A DNA stretch of 64,000 bases from Felis catus (lineage: Eukaryota): positions 169,200,001 through 169,264,000 of the forward strand of contig NC_058368.1 of assembly GCF_018350175.1 (NCBI RefSeq). The letters run 5' to 3'. Made by a program: the position numbers and the translations under genes. How positions within the stretch are numbered: position 1 is the stretch's first letter; each line of letters starts with the position of its first letter. This document shows, one piece after another, positions 1 through 12,458 of this stretch. The notes beneath the pieces were generated by a model that was not told the origin of the DNA, did not search any database, and saw nothing but the letters and a program-made list of their open reading frames with translations.

Positions 1-1758
1 AGTCTGGGACATTTTACCCCTATTAACAGTGAACTGTTACAATACAGTGATACAAATGGTAGTTGTTCAAATCCATAAGGCTGCTTAATTTAGCAAAGTC
101 CAGATGGTTCTTTCTGAATTGTGCCTGCCTTTTACAATTTTCCGGTCTTTTCCCTAAACATCAGAATATTGTAATCTATAACCCCTTAAAATGCCTGAGG
201 AACAAAGCTATTTATGCCTAATATACTCCTAACTTTTATGAACTTGGAAACAAGATAAAAAGCTAAAATGTTAAAGCATATGCTTTCAGATCTTTGCTTT
301 GGCTGCTCATAGTTGCTTTATTTGTTGGGAATACATGGATATCAAAGGAGCTCCTTCTTCATGGCTCTCAACTAACTTATATAGAAGAGGAAAGAAACTT
401 AATTCAGTCTCATGATAATTATCTATATATTCTGTCTTCCTCATAAGGCTGGTGAACAGCCAGGGAACGGGGATCATTATTATTTGCATTTACAGAGTAC
501 CTGGGACAAAGTCTGACATTTAGAAGGATTTCAATAAATCCTTTTTGAATATATCAAACTGAAATCAACTAATTGGCTAATATTCCTTTTATTTTCCCAA
601 CATCATCAATAACAAAAAGTTGTCCTGACATTTTTATCTCAGGTAAGGTTTTTAACTTTTATTCAATGTCAAAAGCTCTGAAAGAAACCTCAAGTGGTAT
701 AAGAAATAGCGGATGGCATGCCTCTTCCTTCAAACAGTTAGGTCCAAGGTTAAAATGTGCTGGCATGGTTAAAAGGTTCTTTTAAACTCAAGATCTTGTC
801 CTCAAACAGTCATTAAAGTTCTCAGGGTATATTTCAAAAGAGCAGGATGTTAACCTTAGCTCTTTGGTCTAATTCCAAGTCTGGTAATTACATACTGCCT
901 ATTAAAATTCCCCTCACAATTCTAATTTAATAAGGTGGTGTTCAGTTACTATTAAACAGCTCAGAGCAATTCTACCAGCTGCAATGTTTATTCCATAAAG
1001 TGTAATGTTTCAGGTATGATTAAGTGATCATTTAAAAGTTTTCAGGAAGAAATGGATCATGCATTCATTCAAATACTTTTCACTTTTAAAGAAAGTATGA
1101 GCTATACATATTTTTGAACTGTATTTTTTAAAAGTGGCTAAAATTCCTATAACTAAAAACGTCACAGTGATTTTAGTTATGTTCTGGATAAGAGGGTTCT
1201 ATTTGCAGCTATTATAATACAAACATGGCAAGAAAAATTTTCAAGTAAAGCATCTTTAAGTTTTACAAAGCAGAGAAAACTCAGAAAGAATCTTACAGAC
1301 TCAAGGGAAAGGATGTTTATACTTTCCTTCTCAAGACACTTATTGTAGAATCACTATTTCCCCATTTTTGCAATCTGCTATTATCAGAACTCAGCCAAAG
1401 TATAGTAAAACATGTAGTAGATGAACAAGTGGCAAAATGAAACTAAGTTGGAATGTATGGTTATTAAACTTCAACCTTTATCTGAAACCATATTAAAAGG
1501 CATTCTGGCAATTGTGATCCTTTGCAGGGAGCTGAGAGTAGAGGAACTGCAAACAGTAGCATAGAAATAGAATTACTCCTCAAAATTGTCCAGACTACTG
1601 AAGTGAGGTCCTAAACATACCTCAAGGCTTGCAGATGCAAATGTAGAACCATTATCCTTGAGAAGTTATTCTTGTGATGGTAGTTTTCAAAAACCAAAAA
1701 CAAAACAAAAAACCCTAAGTATTTCTGGTATTTCAATGTGTCTTAAAGATTGCCCCCA

Positions 1759-2178
1759 GGGGTGCCTGGGTGCTTCAGTCAGTTAAGCATCCCACTTCAG
1801 CTCAGGTCATGATCTCAAGGTTCCTGGGCTCGAGCCCCACATCAGGCTCTGTGCCGACAGCTCAGTCTGGAGCTTGCTTCAGATCCTGTGTCTCTGACTC
1901 TCTCTTCCCATTGCCCGCTCATGCTCAGTTTCTCTCTCTCTCTCAAAAATAAATACACATTAAAAAAATTTTTTTACAAAGAGGTGCCTGGGTGGCTCAG
2001 TCAGTTAAGCGTCCAACTTTGGCTCGGATCATGATCTTGCAGTTCATGGGTTCAAGCCCTGTGTTGGGCTCTGTGCTGACAGCTTAGAGCCTCGAGCCTG
2101 CTTCGGATTCTGTGTCTCCCTCTCTCTGCCCCTGCCTCACTCACGCTGTCTCTCAAAAATAAATGGAGAAAAAAAGAG
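1759..2178 (+). mobile_element. Two head-to-tail SINEC_Fc copies (about 1759-1975 and 1981-2178)
   Basis: Two GGTGCCTGGGTG heads, CT tracts and A tails; outer repeat AAGATTGC(C/T)CC at ~1746 and ~2179. Confidence 0.93.
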
Positions 2179-2804
2179 AAGATTGCTCCAAAATTAGTTC
2201 CATCTTTTAAGCACACCCTAACTTCAGGCTCTTTAAGTCAATATAGAACTAAAAAGTCAAAAGAAAAAAAAGTTTCCATTAACTGTGTTTTTCTCATCTG
2301 TATATTGTTCGTAAAGACCTATCATTGTTTAGAATATTGACATATCACTTAAGGAGACAAATTATAAATAAACATACTAAAACAATACCCTATAACTGTT
2401 AAAAGTCCAACCGTCATTCCAGGCAAATAAAATGCTAATGCTACTGACCAGGGGAAAAAAAACAAAAAACAAAAAAAAAAAAACCCAAAAAAACAAAAAC
2501 CAACAACTTCAAAACCAAGAGCCAAGAAAATTACTCTTGAGGTTGCAATGCAAAAATTTCATCAACTGAATTAGATGACATTAGGCCTGACTATAAAACG
2601 CACACACGAAAAAGAGGTTTTTATTATTTTTGATCAGTGGTGCCAATGATGAAGGAATGGCCAAATTAAATTACTTCCTTCAGGAAAGCAGAAATGTAAC
2701 TGTGGGAAAAAAATCTTATACTTTCAAAAAGGAAAGTTATCTTAGATTAAAAATTGATGTTATTATTTTTTTCAATAGTAATCTAGAGGTATACCAAAGG
2801 TTTA

Positions 2805-3065
2805 CAATCAAATCCAAAAATCTTAGGACTGAGTATGTTTTGGAATTCAGATTTTTTTCTCCGAGATTTACAAATACTACTTAATAATTCCCAGTGGGGT
2901 CCAAGTCAAAAACTCAGTAATCAAACACTTTGATATTTCTGCAGCAAACTGTTATGACTGCTTCAAAAAAAGGCCTTGTATTAGTTCAGATCCAGATCTG
3001 CATCAAATTAAGTTAACACCAATTTAGGTGTTGTTGTCAATTTCCATTTTAAGAATTTTGTGGAC
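2805..3065. mobile_element. Degenerate MER46/Tigger4-like DNA transposon relic
   Basis: aatccaaaaatcttaggactgagtatgttttggaattcagattttt resembles the recalled MER46 terminus. Confidence 0.45.
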
Positions 3066-3639
3066 CTTAACTGAAAAAACAGAATTAAGTTAGGCCAAAG
3101 TTCTTAACTCATTTTACCCTTAAGCTTAAAAAATAGTAGGTTATATAAATATTGTCTGCCAACCCTTGAAGTTTACAAACTTAAAAAGACAGTAGAAATT
3201 ACGTTTCATTTGTTTCTACAAGTCACTTACACTGTATTATAGAAGCTTTATCCATCTGCCCAAAGAAACCAGATATATTTTATTAATTTTATGATGTGAA
3301 ATAAAATACATAAAATGTATTCATATTCAAAAGGAAAAACTTCTTTTGTAGTACTTTCTAGTTGAAAAAAGTAACCGTATTTCTACAAGTTAATAAAATC
3401 GTGAAACTGCACTGTAACTGAGCATAGGCAGTTTCAACTAGCTCAAAAGGTTATGTGAAAGTTTGGACTCTAAGGTAATGAAAAGAAGATGGACAAAGAA
3501 ATTTTCCATTTCTCTCTTCTTTCTATGGTCTTACAGTTTGGGGGGAAAAAAGGATTCTATGTAAGAAGAACCAGAATGCTTTTTTAAGAAAGGTTGTATG
3601 TTCTCTTAAAAACTGTAAATTTGGACTGGGCAGTAAGCA

Positions 3640-3775
3640 GATATGCAAATTCCAGCTCCAAAATTTACTAGCTTTGTGACCTTGAGAAATTAACTCTTGT
3701 GCTTCAGTTTCCTCATCTATAAACAGGGCAAATAATAATATACACCACATAGAGTTGTGACCAAAAATCAAATGC
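3640..3775 (+). mobile_element. MIR SINE
   Basis: Core tgtgaccttgagaaattaac...tcagtttcctcatctataaa. Confidence 0.8.
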
Positions 3776-4270
3776 TAAATAAAAATAGGTGAAAACAAAC
3801 AAAAAAACACAAGTGACAAAAGGAGCAACAGGAGGAACAGAGAAACAGGTGACATTAATAAATATTAACAAAGTTGATCCAATATTATCAAAATTTGCTG
3901 TGATCTTACTTTTTAAACCCAGAATGGGTTAACACAATTTTTTTTAAAATACAATAAATGTTTCCCTGCATTTTATTACCTGAAATACTATGAACTAAAA
4001 TAATTAATATCTGTATCCTTTGTAATAACTAATTATCATTATCTGAACTTACAATTTCTATAAACTCCTAAAATGCTTCAAAGAAAGTTTCTGTGAAAAA
4101 CTAACCAGTAGTTTGCATGTATGGTTAGCATTCAGTAAATAGGCATATTTGCTAAGTCAAAATATCTAATTCCCTGACCATGTCAGAGCCCATCCATCAA
4201 ACATAATGGTACCAGAAATAAACCACCTTGCCTATTATGCAATCTGACAAAGCACTGCATGAAATCTTAC

Positions 4271-5324
4271 CTATCTTCATCTTTGTCATACAGTTGGTAA
4301 TAATCTCCACAACCATTCCAAAAGGTGTTATCCACAACTTCTTGCCTTCCTGCTGTGGCTCCACTTTCTGCTGTAATTTGGTTATGTTCTGTTTCCCTGT
4401 GTGTAACTCTTGAGTAAGGTGGATCCAAGAACATGCAGTCATGTTCTCCATCGTAGTCATCACATTTTATTAAGAGGTCATCTGAGCCATTTTCCTCAAC
4501 TTCCAAAGCCTCCCTCCACCTCTGAACACTTCTTTGTTTAGCCTCATGCCTATTAAAACCTGTTTCTTGGTCCACCTGGCTTGAACTTATCAATTTCCTA
4601 ACTTTGGGTCTCACTACCTGTTCAGGAGAACTTCCCTGGTTCTTGTTCTTATCACTAGTATTTTGTTCACTGCAAATATGCCCAGGAGCACACACTGAAT
4701 CTTCAGTTGCATTTTCTCTCTGACTCTCCTGGCTAGTATTATTTTCTTGTTTGTTTCTAACAACGTCATCTTCAGAAGAGGAGCTCTGAAATTCCTGATT
4801 GCTCTGATTGACAAACTCAGTATCACCAGTAGAACTTTTGACTAACGGTGCTGAATCTAACGCTTCAAATTCATCTCTTACTTCACAGTTAAAAGAGGGA
4901 ACTGGTGGTGAAAGACCAGTGTATGCCTCTACCTCTCCATTTGCCAACTCAAATACTGTATTGCTCAGTGCTTCCTGATATCCACCACCTTCCACAACTT
5001 CTGCAGAAAGCTGAAGACGGTCATTGGCCTCTCTGTGTGTACCATCTGGGTCATAAGAGTCAGTATGAACCAATGAAATTCCATTTTGTACACTTGAAGC
5101 ATCACAAGCTTCTGGAGTATATTCTCCCTCAGGGTGATTATGAAGATTTGTACTGCTTCCTAAAGTCTCCCTGCCTTCCTCACTATGATGTACTGCAGCA
5201 AAGGATGGACTGCTCTCAATGGTTTGATTTAATGTTGTATCACAAATGGGAATTTCTGTTTCACTTTTTTCAAACGAAGGGCCGTTGGGTAAAGAAGAAT
5301 GAACTTGATCCGATGGACTGGAAC
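4271..5324 (-). CDS. PJA2: PJA2 exon 4 (1054 bp), acidic/disordered N-terminal region of Praja-2
   Basis: Acceptor ttctctatgaag|GT at 5325/5324 and donor GATAG|gtaaga at 4271/4270. Open frame (G)[25 protein letters not shown]...[10 protein letters not shown]...[34 protein letters not shown]...[17 protein letters not shown] matches recalled mammalian Praja-2. The motifs KQRS and RET, corresponding to the reported human PKA sites S342/T389, are retained. Confidence 0.97.
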
Positions 5325-6277
5325 CTTCATAGAGAACAAAGAAAACATTTTTGGAAACATTAATTTTAGATACAATTTTATTTAATAATGACTATTTAAA
5401 TAGATATTATGCCAATCATTACTCACTTGAATATGAGTGAATTTCTGACAGATACTTCTATGCTCCTGAACTTAACTGAGAGAGCCCACTGGTCACCCTA
5501 TGAGTTCATTTATGCCATTGTATAGCCATTCAATATCTTCTCTCAGATGTCTTTTGGAAGTCTTTTAGCTAACTGCTAATACCTAAAACATTCTGTAAAA
5601 GACATTAAAAGGAGAGGCTACTGAAAAACTACACAGTGAGAGGCATAAGTCAAGTCATAGGGTAACCAATGTGCCCTTCTAGTTGTTAAGGTGCACAATT
5701 CAAACTTCATTTCTTTTATTATGTGCAAGTAAAAAAACTTCACAAGTACTTTTGATAGATAAAGGAACAGGTTACACATCTAACAGAAATGAAACTCTAT
5801 TGTGTTTGATGTCAATTCAGAAAATTGTATCTCAGTCTCTAGATATATTAGATTTCTACCCCAAAATGGATTTTTTAATACACCTATAATGAGTTACCTT
5901 TACATTATGTTACAGCTATGATTGCAAAACAACAAAAAAGTCAACATGTTGACTCTGCCATAGTTTGTCAGAATCTTGAGAAAAGAATAAAATCAGATCT
6001 GTTTTATAAATCACTTTAAGCCTATCTTTTATCACTACTAATGTAATAATAAATAATGAAGACATCTGAGATTTGCTGGAACAAAAATTTATAAAAGAGC
6101 AGTCTTGTCATATCACAGAAAGGCTTCTTTAACAGAGTGGCCTCATTAACTAATAATTCAGATTCTTACTTATAAATGACAGTAAAAATAATTTACAATT
6201 AGCAAATTTTCTCAACACCAGAAGACTACACTCTAGTCCAAAGATGTGTAATTACTACCTGGATATCTGCAAAGTAC

Positions 6278-6470
6278 TTTTTTTTTTTTTAAGCTTATTT
6301 ATTTACTTTTTGAGAGTCAGAGACAGCAGGAGTTGGGGAAGGGCAGAGAGAGAGGAAAAGAGAGAGAATCCCAAGTAGCGTGGAGCCCAATGTGGGGCTC
6401 AAACCCATAAACCATGAGATTGTGACCTGAGCTGAAGTGATGCTTAACTGACTGAACCACCAAGGCGCCC
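6278..6470 (-). mobile_element. CanSINE (internally deleted), PJA2 intron 3
   Basis: Poly-T...ccaccaaggcgccc; target-site duplication (TSD) ctgcaaa(g/a)tacttt. Confidence 0.92.
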
Positions 6471-6926
6471 ACTGCAAAATACTTTTTCAAACTACTGAAT
6501 AAGAGATTTTAATTAAATAACTATTACTTGACACTTGTATTTCATAAAATGGTTTTAAGAAATTAAATTAGCCAAGCTAAATTATTTAGGGATACAATTA
6601 ACACAAGAAAGCTATTAAACATAATATGCAGGGAAAAATATATTCAGTTCACATTAAAAAGTTTTTGATTGAAAAATAAATCTCCACTAGCAGAAGGATG
6701 TCATGATACAGTTATATTTTAACAACTGGCTGTATTCTATTTTCTTCCATGTTTAAATGTATATATCGTTCATATTAAGTTTAATAAAAATATCAGAATA
6801 GAATTTCTTGATAGGATATGTATATTTGTATTCATAGACACATAAAACCCACACATAATTTCTAATATTATAAGATCAATTCCTACATGCTTATTAATAG
6901 CTCTTATATAACTCCATGTTGCATAC

Positions 6927-7127
6927 CTGAGGAATTTTCCTTTGGAACATCATCTAGTTCCAACACTTCATAGTCATCACCAGCCCGACCTAAACTTCTT
7001 TCATGCCTGGTCATACATGGTTTAAAACTGACATATGCATGTCTTCTTCCATATCTCCTGCCTGTGATTGTCTGATATCCTCCTGCTGGTTTGGGCCAGG
7101 CAGCCTTGCTGGATTCTTGATCCATTA
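6927..7127 (-). CDS. PJA2: PJA2 exon 3 (201 bp, phase 1-1)
   Basis: Acceptor ctgtttttcag|TA ATG and donor TCAG|gtatgc. Encodes (V)[66 protein letters not shown](G), the conserved Praja N-terminus. Confidence 0.97.
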
Positions 7128-7965
7128 CTGAAAAACAGAGTTAAAAATAAGAGAGGCATGAAATGACCTTTACTCCAGTGACCAGTAGAGGTAATGTTTA
7201 AACATATATGCTATTGCTTGCCAGATCATCTGCTACTGAACATTACATGCACCTTACTAACATTGTAAGTGTAAACATGAATATTAGGTTATGAGAGTTA
7301 ATTGGCCTCTTTACCCCCCAAAATAGCTTTTAAAGTTTGGCACTTTTAAGATGTCTCAGAGTTTTATAATATAATGTACCCAAAATGATTTTTCATATGC
7401 CAAATTCATAAGTCATACTGCAAAAGCTCATTAAGAATTAGACAATGATCCTCCAAATTATCTAAGTAAAGTACCTTATGTATAAATGCTTAACACATAT
7501 TTGCTGGATTAATTATTAGCATATTACATTAATTAGCACAATTCATGTGTGTAATCTGCACAATTACATTAATTGTGAATACATTTCTATCCAAGGTAAC
7601 ATGCAACTTCTTTAAATGGCATCTGTACTATCAGGAAGTAATAACTGGACCATAATAAAACATCCCAAAGACTAGGGTCAGATAAAATTATCCACAAGAA
7701 AACAGCGATGAGCCAAGTCAAAGACATGCTACCTCACCTTTCAAAACTACAGTAAACATTATGGTAGCAAAACCCATCAACACTTTAACAACTATTTAAA
7801 TACTAAGTTCTGACAGCTGAGGGATACACAGTAGTAAACAGTAGCACCTGTAACTAAGTAGAACATTACCATATCTATATATATATATATATAAAAGTAT
7901 AAGTTTCTTTAATCAACGATATTTTACATATACTATACAAGAACTAAACATAGTATTTAAAAAAC

Positions 7966-8165
7966 AATTTTTAATGTTATTTCTGAGAGAGATATAGCAT
8001 GAGTGGCGGAAGGGCAGCGAGAGGGAGAGACACAGAACATGAAGCAGGCTCCAGGCTCTGAGATGTCAGCACAGAGCCCAATGCAGGGCTTTAACCCACT
8101 ACTGTGAGATCAGGACTTGAACCGCCATTTGGGATGCTTAACTCACTGAGCCACCCAGACACCCC
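7966..8165 (-). mobile_element. SINEC_Fc, PJA2 intron 2
   Basis: gcaggctccaggctctgag...tgagccacccagacacccc. Confidence 0.92.
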
Positions 8166-8627
8166 TAAACAAAGTCTTATCTCACAGTATATAAAATAGT
8201 CAGTTAATGGAAAAGTTACATATTTTTGTTTTACTGCATTAAATAAGTAGAAATGCTTCCAAGCACAAATAAAAAACAAACATGTATTTATACAGTTATC
8301 AAGTTTTACATTATATTATTTAATCCCTTCAAAAGACTTATGAGGCAGATACTGTACTTCATTTTAAAAATCAAGAAATTAAGAGTAAAATTAAGTATTT
8401 AGTAACTTGTCCAATAATCAAATAGTATGACTCCAGAACTAGTGCCCTTAACAACTCCTCCAAAGGAATAGTCTCCAAAACGGAAAGCACAACAGAAGCC
8501 AAGGGATGGTACAAAAAATATAACAATTTTTATTTATACTTATTTTCATATCAAAAATTAGAAATTAAGCTTTAAAATATTCAATAAATGGATCAAAAAT
8601 GGCCTTATATAAGCCCATGATCCCAAA

Positions 8628-8995
8628 TGGAGGGTATTACGCTAAGTGAATTAAGTCAGAGAAAGACAGATATCGTATGTTTTCACTCATATGTGGAACT
8701 TGAGAAACTAAACAGAAGACCATGGGGGAGGGGGGAAAACAGTTACAGAGAGGAAGGCAGGCAAACCATAAGAAACTCTTAAATACAGAGAACAAACTCA
8801 GGGTTGATGGTGGAGGGGAGAGGGGAAAATGGGTGATGGGCATTGAGAGGGCACTTGTTGGAATGAGCACTGGGTGTTGTATGTAAGTGATGAATCACGG
8901 GAATCTACCCCCAAAACCAGGAGCACGCTGTATACACTGTATGTTAGCCAACTTGACAATAAATTATATTAAATTAATTAATTAAAAAAAAAAAA
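8628..8995 (+). mobile_element. 5'-truncated carnivore/felid L1 3' end with poly(A), about 95 bp from the exon 2 donor
   Basis: ttttcactcatatgtggaac...gagcactgggtgttgtatgtaag...aataaa...A-tail. Confidence 0.9.
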
Positions 8996-9088
8996 GACGA
9001 TTCCATGTCATGTATGGTACTTAAGGTATCCAGGGAGAAAAATATAAAATCCTTAATGTAGAGGGACTGACAAAGACACTCTGCTTAC

Positions 9089-9119
9089 CTGCTGGCTCTT
9101 TTTCAGTATATTGTGACAT
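9089..9119 (-). CDS. PJA2: PJA2 exon 2 coding part (start codon, MSQYTEKEPA + 1 nt)
   Basis: Minus strand ATG TCA CAA TAT ACT GAA AAA GAG CCA GCA G|gtaagc; phase 1 joins exon 3 in frame. Too short for the ORF track. Confidence 0.95.
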
Positions 9120-9206
9120 ATATGGCAGTTTTTGTATGCCCAGTTCAGTGCAATTATGGATGTGAATTAGTTTTTATTCACACTACGAATAAGCTGCAGA
9201 AGATTC
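9120..9206 (-). other. PJA2: PJA2 exon 2 5' UTR part (87 nt)
   Basis: Acceptor tttccttgtag|GAATC at 9207/9206; no upstream ATG; in-frame TAG at UTR codon 8. Confidence 0.85.
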
Positions 9207-9677
9207 CTACAAGGAAACCGCAGATTAAACAAAAGATTAATAATATAAGCACAAAATAAAAATGACAAAGTAATACTTCTGGTGAAGCACTTTGTTAACC
9301 CTGTAATATCAGAAAAATACAATCAGATCTGACAATCCATCAAAAAAACCTTAAAACTATCAAGATAGCTATTTGAAAAGTTACATCTCCTCTTGAAAAA
9401 CCTCTTGCTGTAAGCATGTATCATCCTTAAGACTGACATGATTAACAGTACATTCAGAATTTAAAAGTAAATAAGCAAATATATTGGAAGAAGTGCTGAC
9501 TGAAGTATGTGACCAAACTATCTGGGAGTCTACTACACTATGCTATCTTTGCTTCTGCATCAAGCGCTATATAGTTTCTTTAGCTCTGGCATTGTTAAAA
9601 GAAGTCAACCCTAGGAATACAGACCGTATTTTCAAAATATATAATGGCTTATGACAATTATAAATTAATGTGTGTAA

Positions 9678-9909
9678 GGGCGCCTGGGTGGCTCGGTCAG
9701 TTAAGCATCAGATCAGCTCAAGTCATATCTCATGGTTCATGAGTTCAAGCCCTGCGTCACGCTCTGTGCTGACAGCTCAGAGCCTGGAGCCTGCTTCAGA
9801 TTCTATGTCTCCCTCTCGCTCTCTGCCCCTCCCCCACGCACACTTGCACACATGCTCTCTCTCTCTCAAAAATAAATATTAAAAAATATTTTAAAAATAA
9901 AATAAAAAA
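9678..9909 (+). mobile_element. SINEC_Fc
   Basis: gggcgcctgggtggctcggtc head; TSD aatgtgtgtaa. Confidence 0.95.
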
Positions 9910-10569
9910 ATGTGTGTAAATAATAATATACTTATTCTTTACAATAGTCAATTAACTATTCAAATATTTTGATTCCAAATAAGAACCTATTCTACATTAG
10001 AAAAACTAAAATTTGTCATGTAACAAATATAAAAAGACCTTCTGGTTTGAAATTAATCCATTTACTACTTCAAAAGTTGCAACCTGGGCTCTTTTAAAAG
10101 TTTGGTAAGGGTTATGTTTTTATTTAAACAGCTTATTTACGTAAACACTGAAGCTATTGCTAATTTTATACTACCACTTATTAGAAGATGATAGTTCTGC
10201 AAATGAGGTTAATTGTATTGTTATCTGTGAAACCACAGATAGCTCTATATTAACATACATCAGAGTACAAACACACATTCTCCCATATAAATTATAAATT
10301 CAGCAACATGTTATGATCCTCTAATATGTCTGAACCAAATGAGACTGTTAGCAACAATCTTACCAAAGAATAGCTCACCAAAAAATATTCTTAACATGGA
10401 GGCAAAAAGATAAGCTCTAATTAATACTGTTTTAATACTAAGAAAAATGATCTGAAATAACTTGAATCTTCAGTCATAATATAGTACATGACAATCGTAA
10501 AGGATGACCATGCATTTAAATTCATAAGTATTTCACCCAAAGTCTTTTCTTTAGAATAAAGCTTTATTT

Positions 10570-11763
10570 TACTATGTTCCCGGCATTATTTTCAGTGCTG
10601 AGGCTTTAAATAAATGAACAAAGTAGACAAATATCACTGCCCTCCTAAAATTACAGTATGCGGTACACACACTAAACAAAACAAGGAAGTAAATATACGT
10701 TAGACAATAAATACAAAGGAGCAAAAGAAAGCAGTGAATAAAGGGTTGCTGGGGGTGTGCAATTTAAAATAGGGTGGTTAGGGAAAATCTCTCTGAGAGG
10801 GAAGCATCTGAGCAAACACCTGGTAAGGGAGACAGCCATGTGTAAACCTAGGGAGAGAACATTTCGGGCAGAATAAATGAAAGTTCCTGAGGTGACAACT
10901 TCCAGAAGTGATCATAGCAAGAAGTGTGGGATGGAATGAACAAGACAGAAAGCAACAGACGAGGTTAGAAAAATAATTAGGGTGGGTGATAGGAGGTGAG
11001 ATGGAACAGGTCACATAGGCCTTTATAGGCTAACACAAGAAATGTAGGTTTTATTCTGAGTGAGCTGGAAAACCACTGAAGAGTTCTGAACACAAAACAG
11101 ACATTACCTAACTTCTGTTTTAATAGGAACACTCTGGCTACTATTTTGAATAGAGTGAAGGGGAACAAGGTCAAAGGCAAGGAGCCTGTTTGCAAAGCTA
11201 TCGAAATAATATTGGCAAGAGATCACAGTGGTTTAGACCAGGGTAAAACTAGAGGTGGTGAGAAATGCAGATTCTGAATATACTGTGAAGGAAGTGCCAA
11301 CGAAGTTTTCTGATATAGATTATAAAATAAGGTAAGGAGTTGAGGCGGACTCTAAGTTCTATAGCCTGAGCAACTGAAAACAACAACAACAACAACAACA
11401 ACACAGTTACCATTAACTGAATGAAGTAGGAAAATTTGTGAAAGATGCAGGTTTGGAGAAAGTATCTTCAGTGCAGTTTTACATGTATTAAGTCTGAGAT
11501 ATCTATCAGACATTCAAGCAGAAATGTTAAGTAGAGGGGCACCTGGGTGGCTCAGTCAGTTAAGCGTCTGACTTTGGCTCAGGTCATGATCTCACATTCA
11601 TAGGTTCAAGCCCCATATCAGGCTCTGTGCTGACTGCTCAGAGCCTGGAGGAGCATGCTTCAAATTCTGTGTCTCCTCTCTTTCTGCCCCTTCTCTGCTC
11701 ACACTCTGCTTCTCTCTCTCTCTTTCTCCCTCTCTCAAAAACAAATTAACATTAAAAAATTTT

Positions 11764-11806
<43 letters not shown>

Positions 11807-12245
11807 GTTAAGTAGAAGCCTGGAGTTGACTAAAAGAATTCTGGGCTGCAAGTATAATTTGGGAGTTACTAGTATATAGATACATTCAAAAAGGCATGAA
11901 CTTGGACAGGACATCTAAGTGTACTTGGAGAAGGAAAAAGGTTCAAGGACAGCCTTGAGACAATCCAACATTAAGAGACCAGGAAAGAAATACCAGAAAG
12001 CTGACAGAGGCCAATGGAAAGAAAAGGAAAATCCAGGAGTATGGATGCCAAATGAAGAAAGTGCTTCAGACAGAAGAACTAATCCATTGTTCCAAATGCT
12101 AAGAAATAAAGTATAAGAAGGATCTGTAACTGGCCACTGAACTTAGCAACATGGAGGATACTGAAGATCTCTGACAACAGCAACTTTGGTAGAATGGGAG
12201 GTGTAAAAGCCTGATCACAGATAGTGAGAGGAAAGGAACTGGAAA
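10570..12245 (-). mobile_element. L2 LINE fragment interrupted by a SINE
   Basis: Typical L2 blocks (gtaggttttattctgag...aaccactgaag; tagcctgagcaactg; gagatatctatcagacattcaag; actgaacttagcaacatggagg). Confidence 0.8.
11536..11805 (+). mobile_element. SINEC_Fc with (GAAA)n tail
   Basis: TSD gaaa(t/g)gttaagtaga; tail has become a GAAA microsatellite. Confidence 0.95.
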
Positions 12246-12420
12246 GAATACATACGTCCTGAAAATCACCGTTTCTTAATAATTTTCTTTAACGTGATTC
12301 CACTTGCTTTCTAAAGGTGTTCCAACAAAATTTAATCTACTTGTTTTCAAGCCCTGTGACCCCCGCTGTGATAACTTTTGACTACTTCTGAGCTCAGTCC
12401 CCTGATTTGAATCCCGTGTT

Positions 12421-12423
<3 letters not shown>

Positions 12424-12456
<33 letters not shown>
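12424..12456. repeat. (TG)n microsatellite
   Basis: Read directly. Confidence 0.95.

Positions 12457-12458
<2 letters not shown>

Noticed and set aside
1..4270. PJA2 exon 5 (expected SECSDGEWSASLPH...)
   Set aside because: Not found in this stretch; it and the RING exons must lie left of the window.
4905..5363. 152-aa plus-strand ORF and other short ORFs overlapping exon 4
   Set aside because: Antisense or alternate-frame shadows of the PJA2 coding exon.
9120..9206. Possible N-terminal extension of PJA2, and AATAAA in the 5' UTR (9173-9178)
   Set aside because: An in-frame TAG closes the frame upstream of the ATG; the hexamer is just upstream of a strong 5' splice site and has no other support as a poly(A) site.
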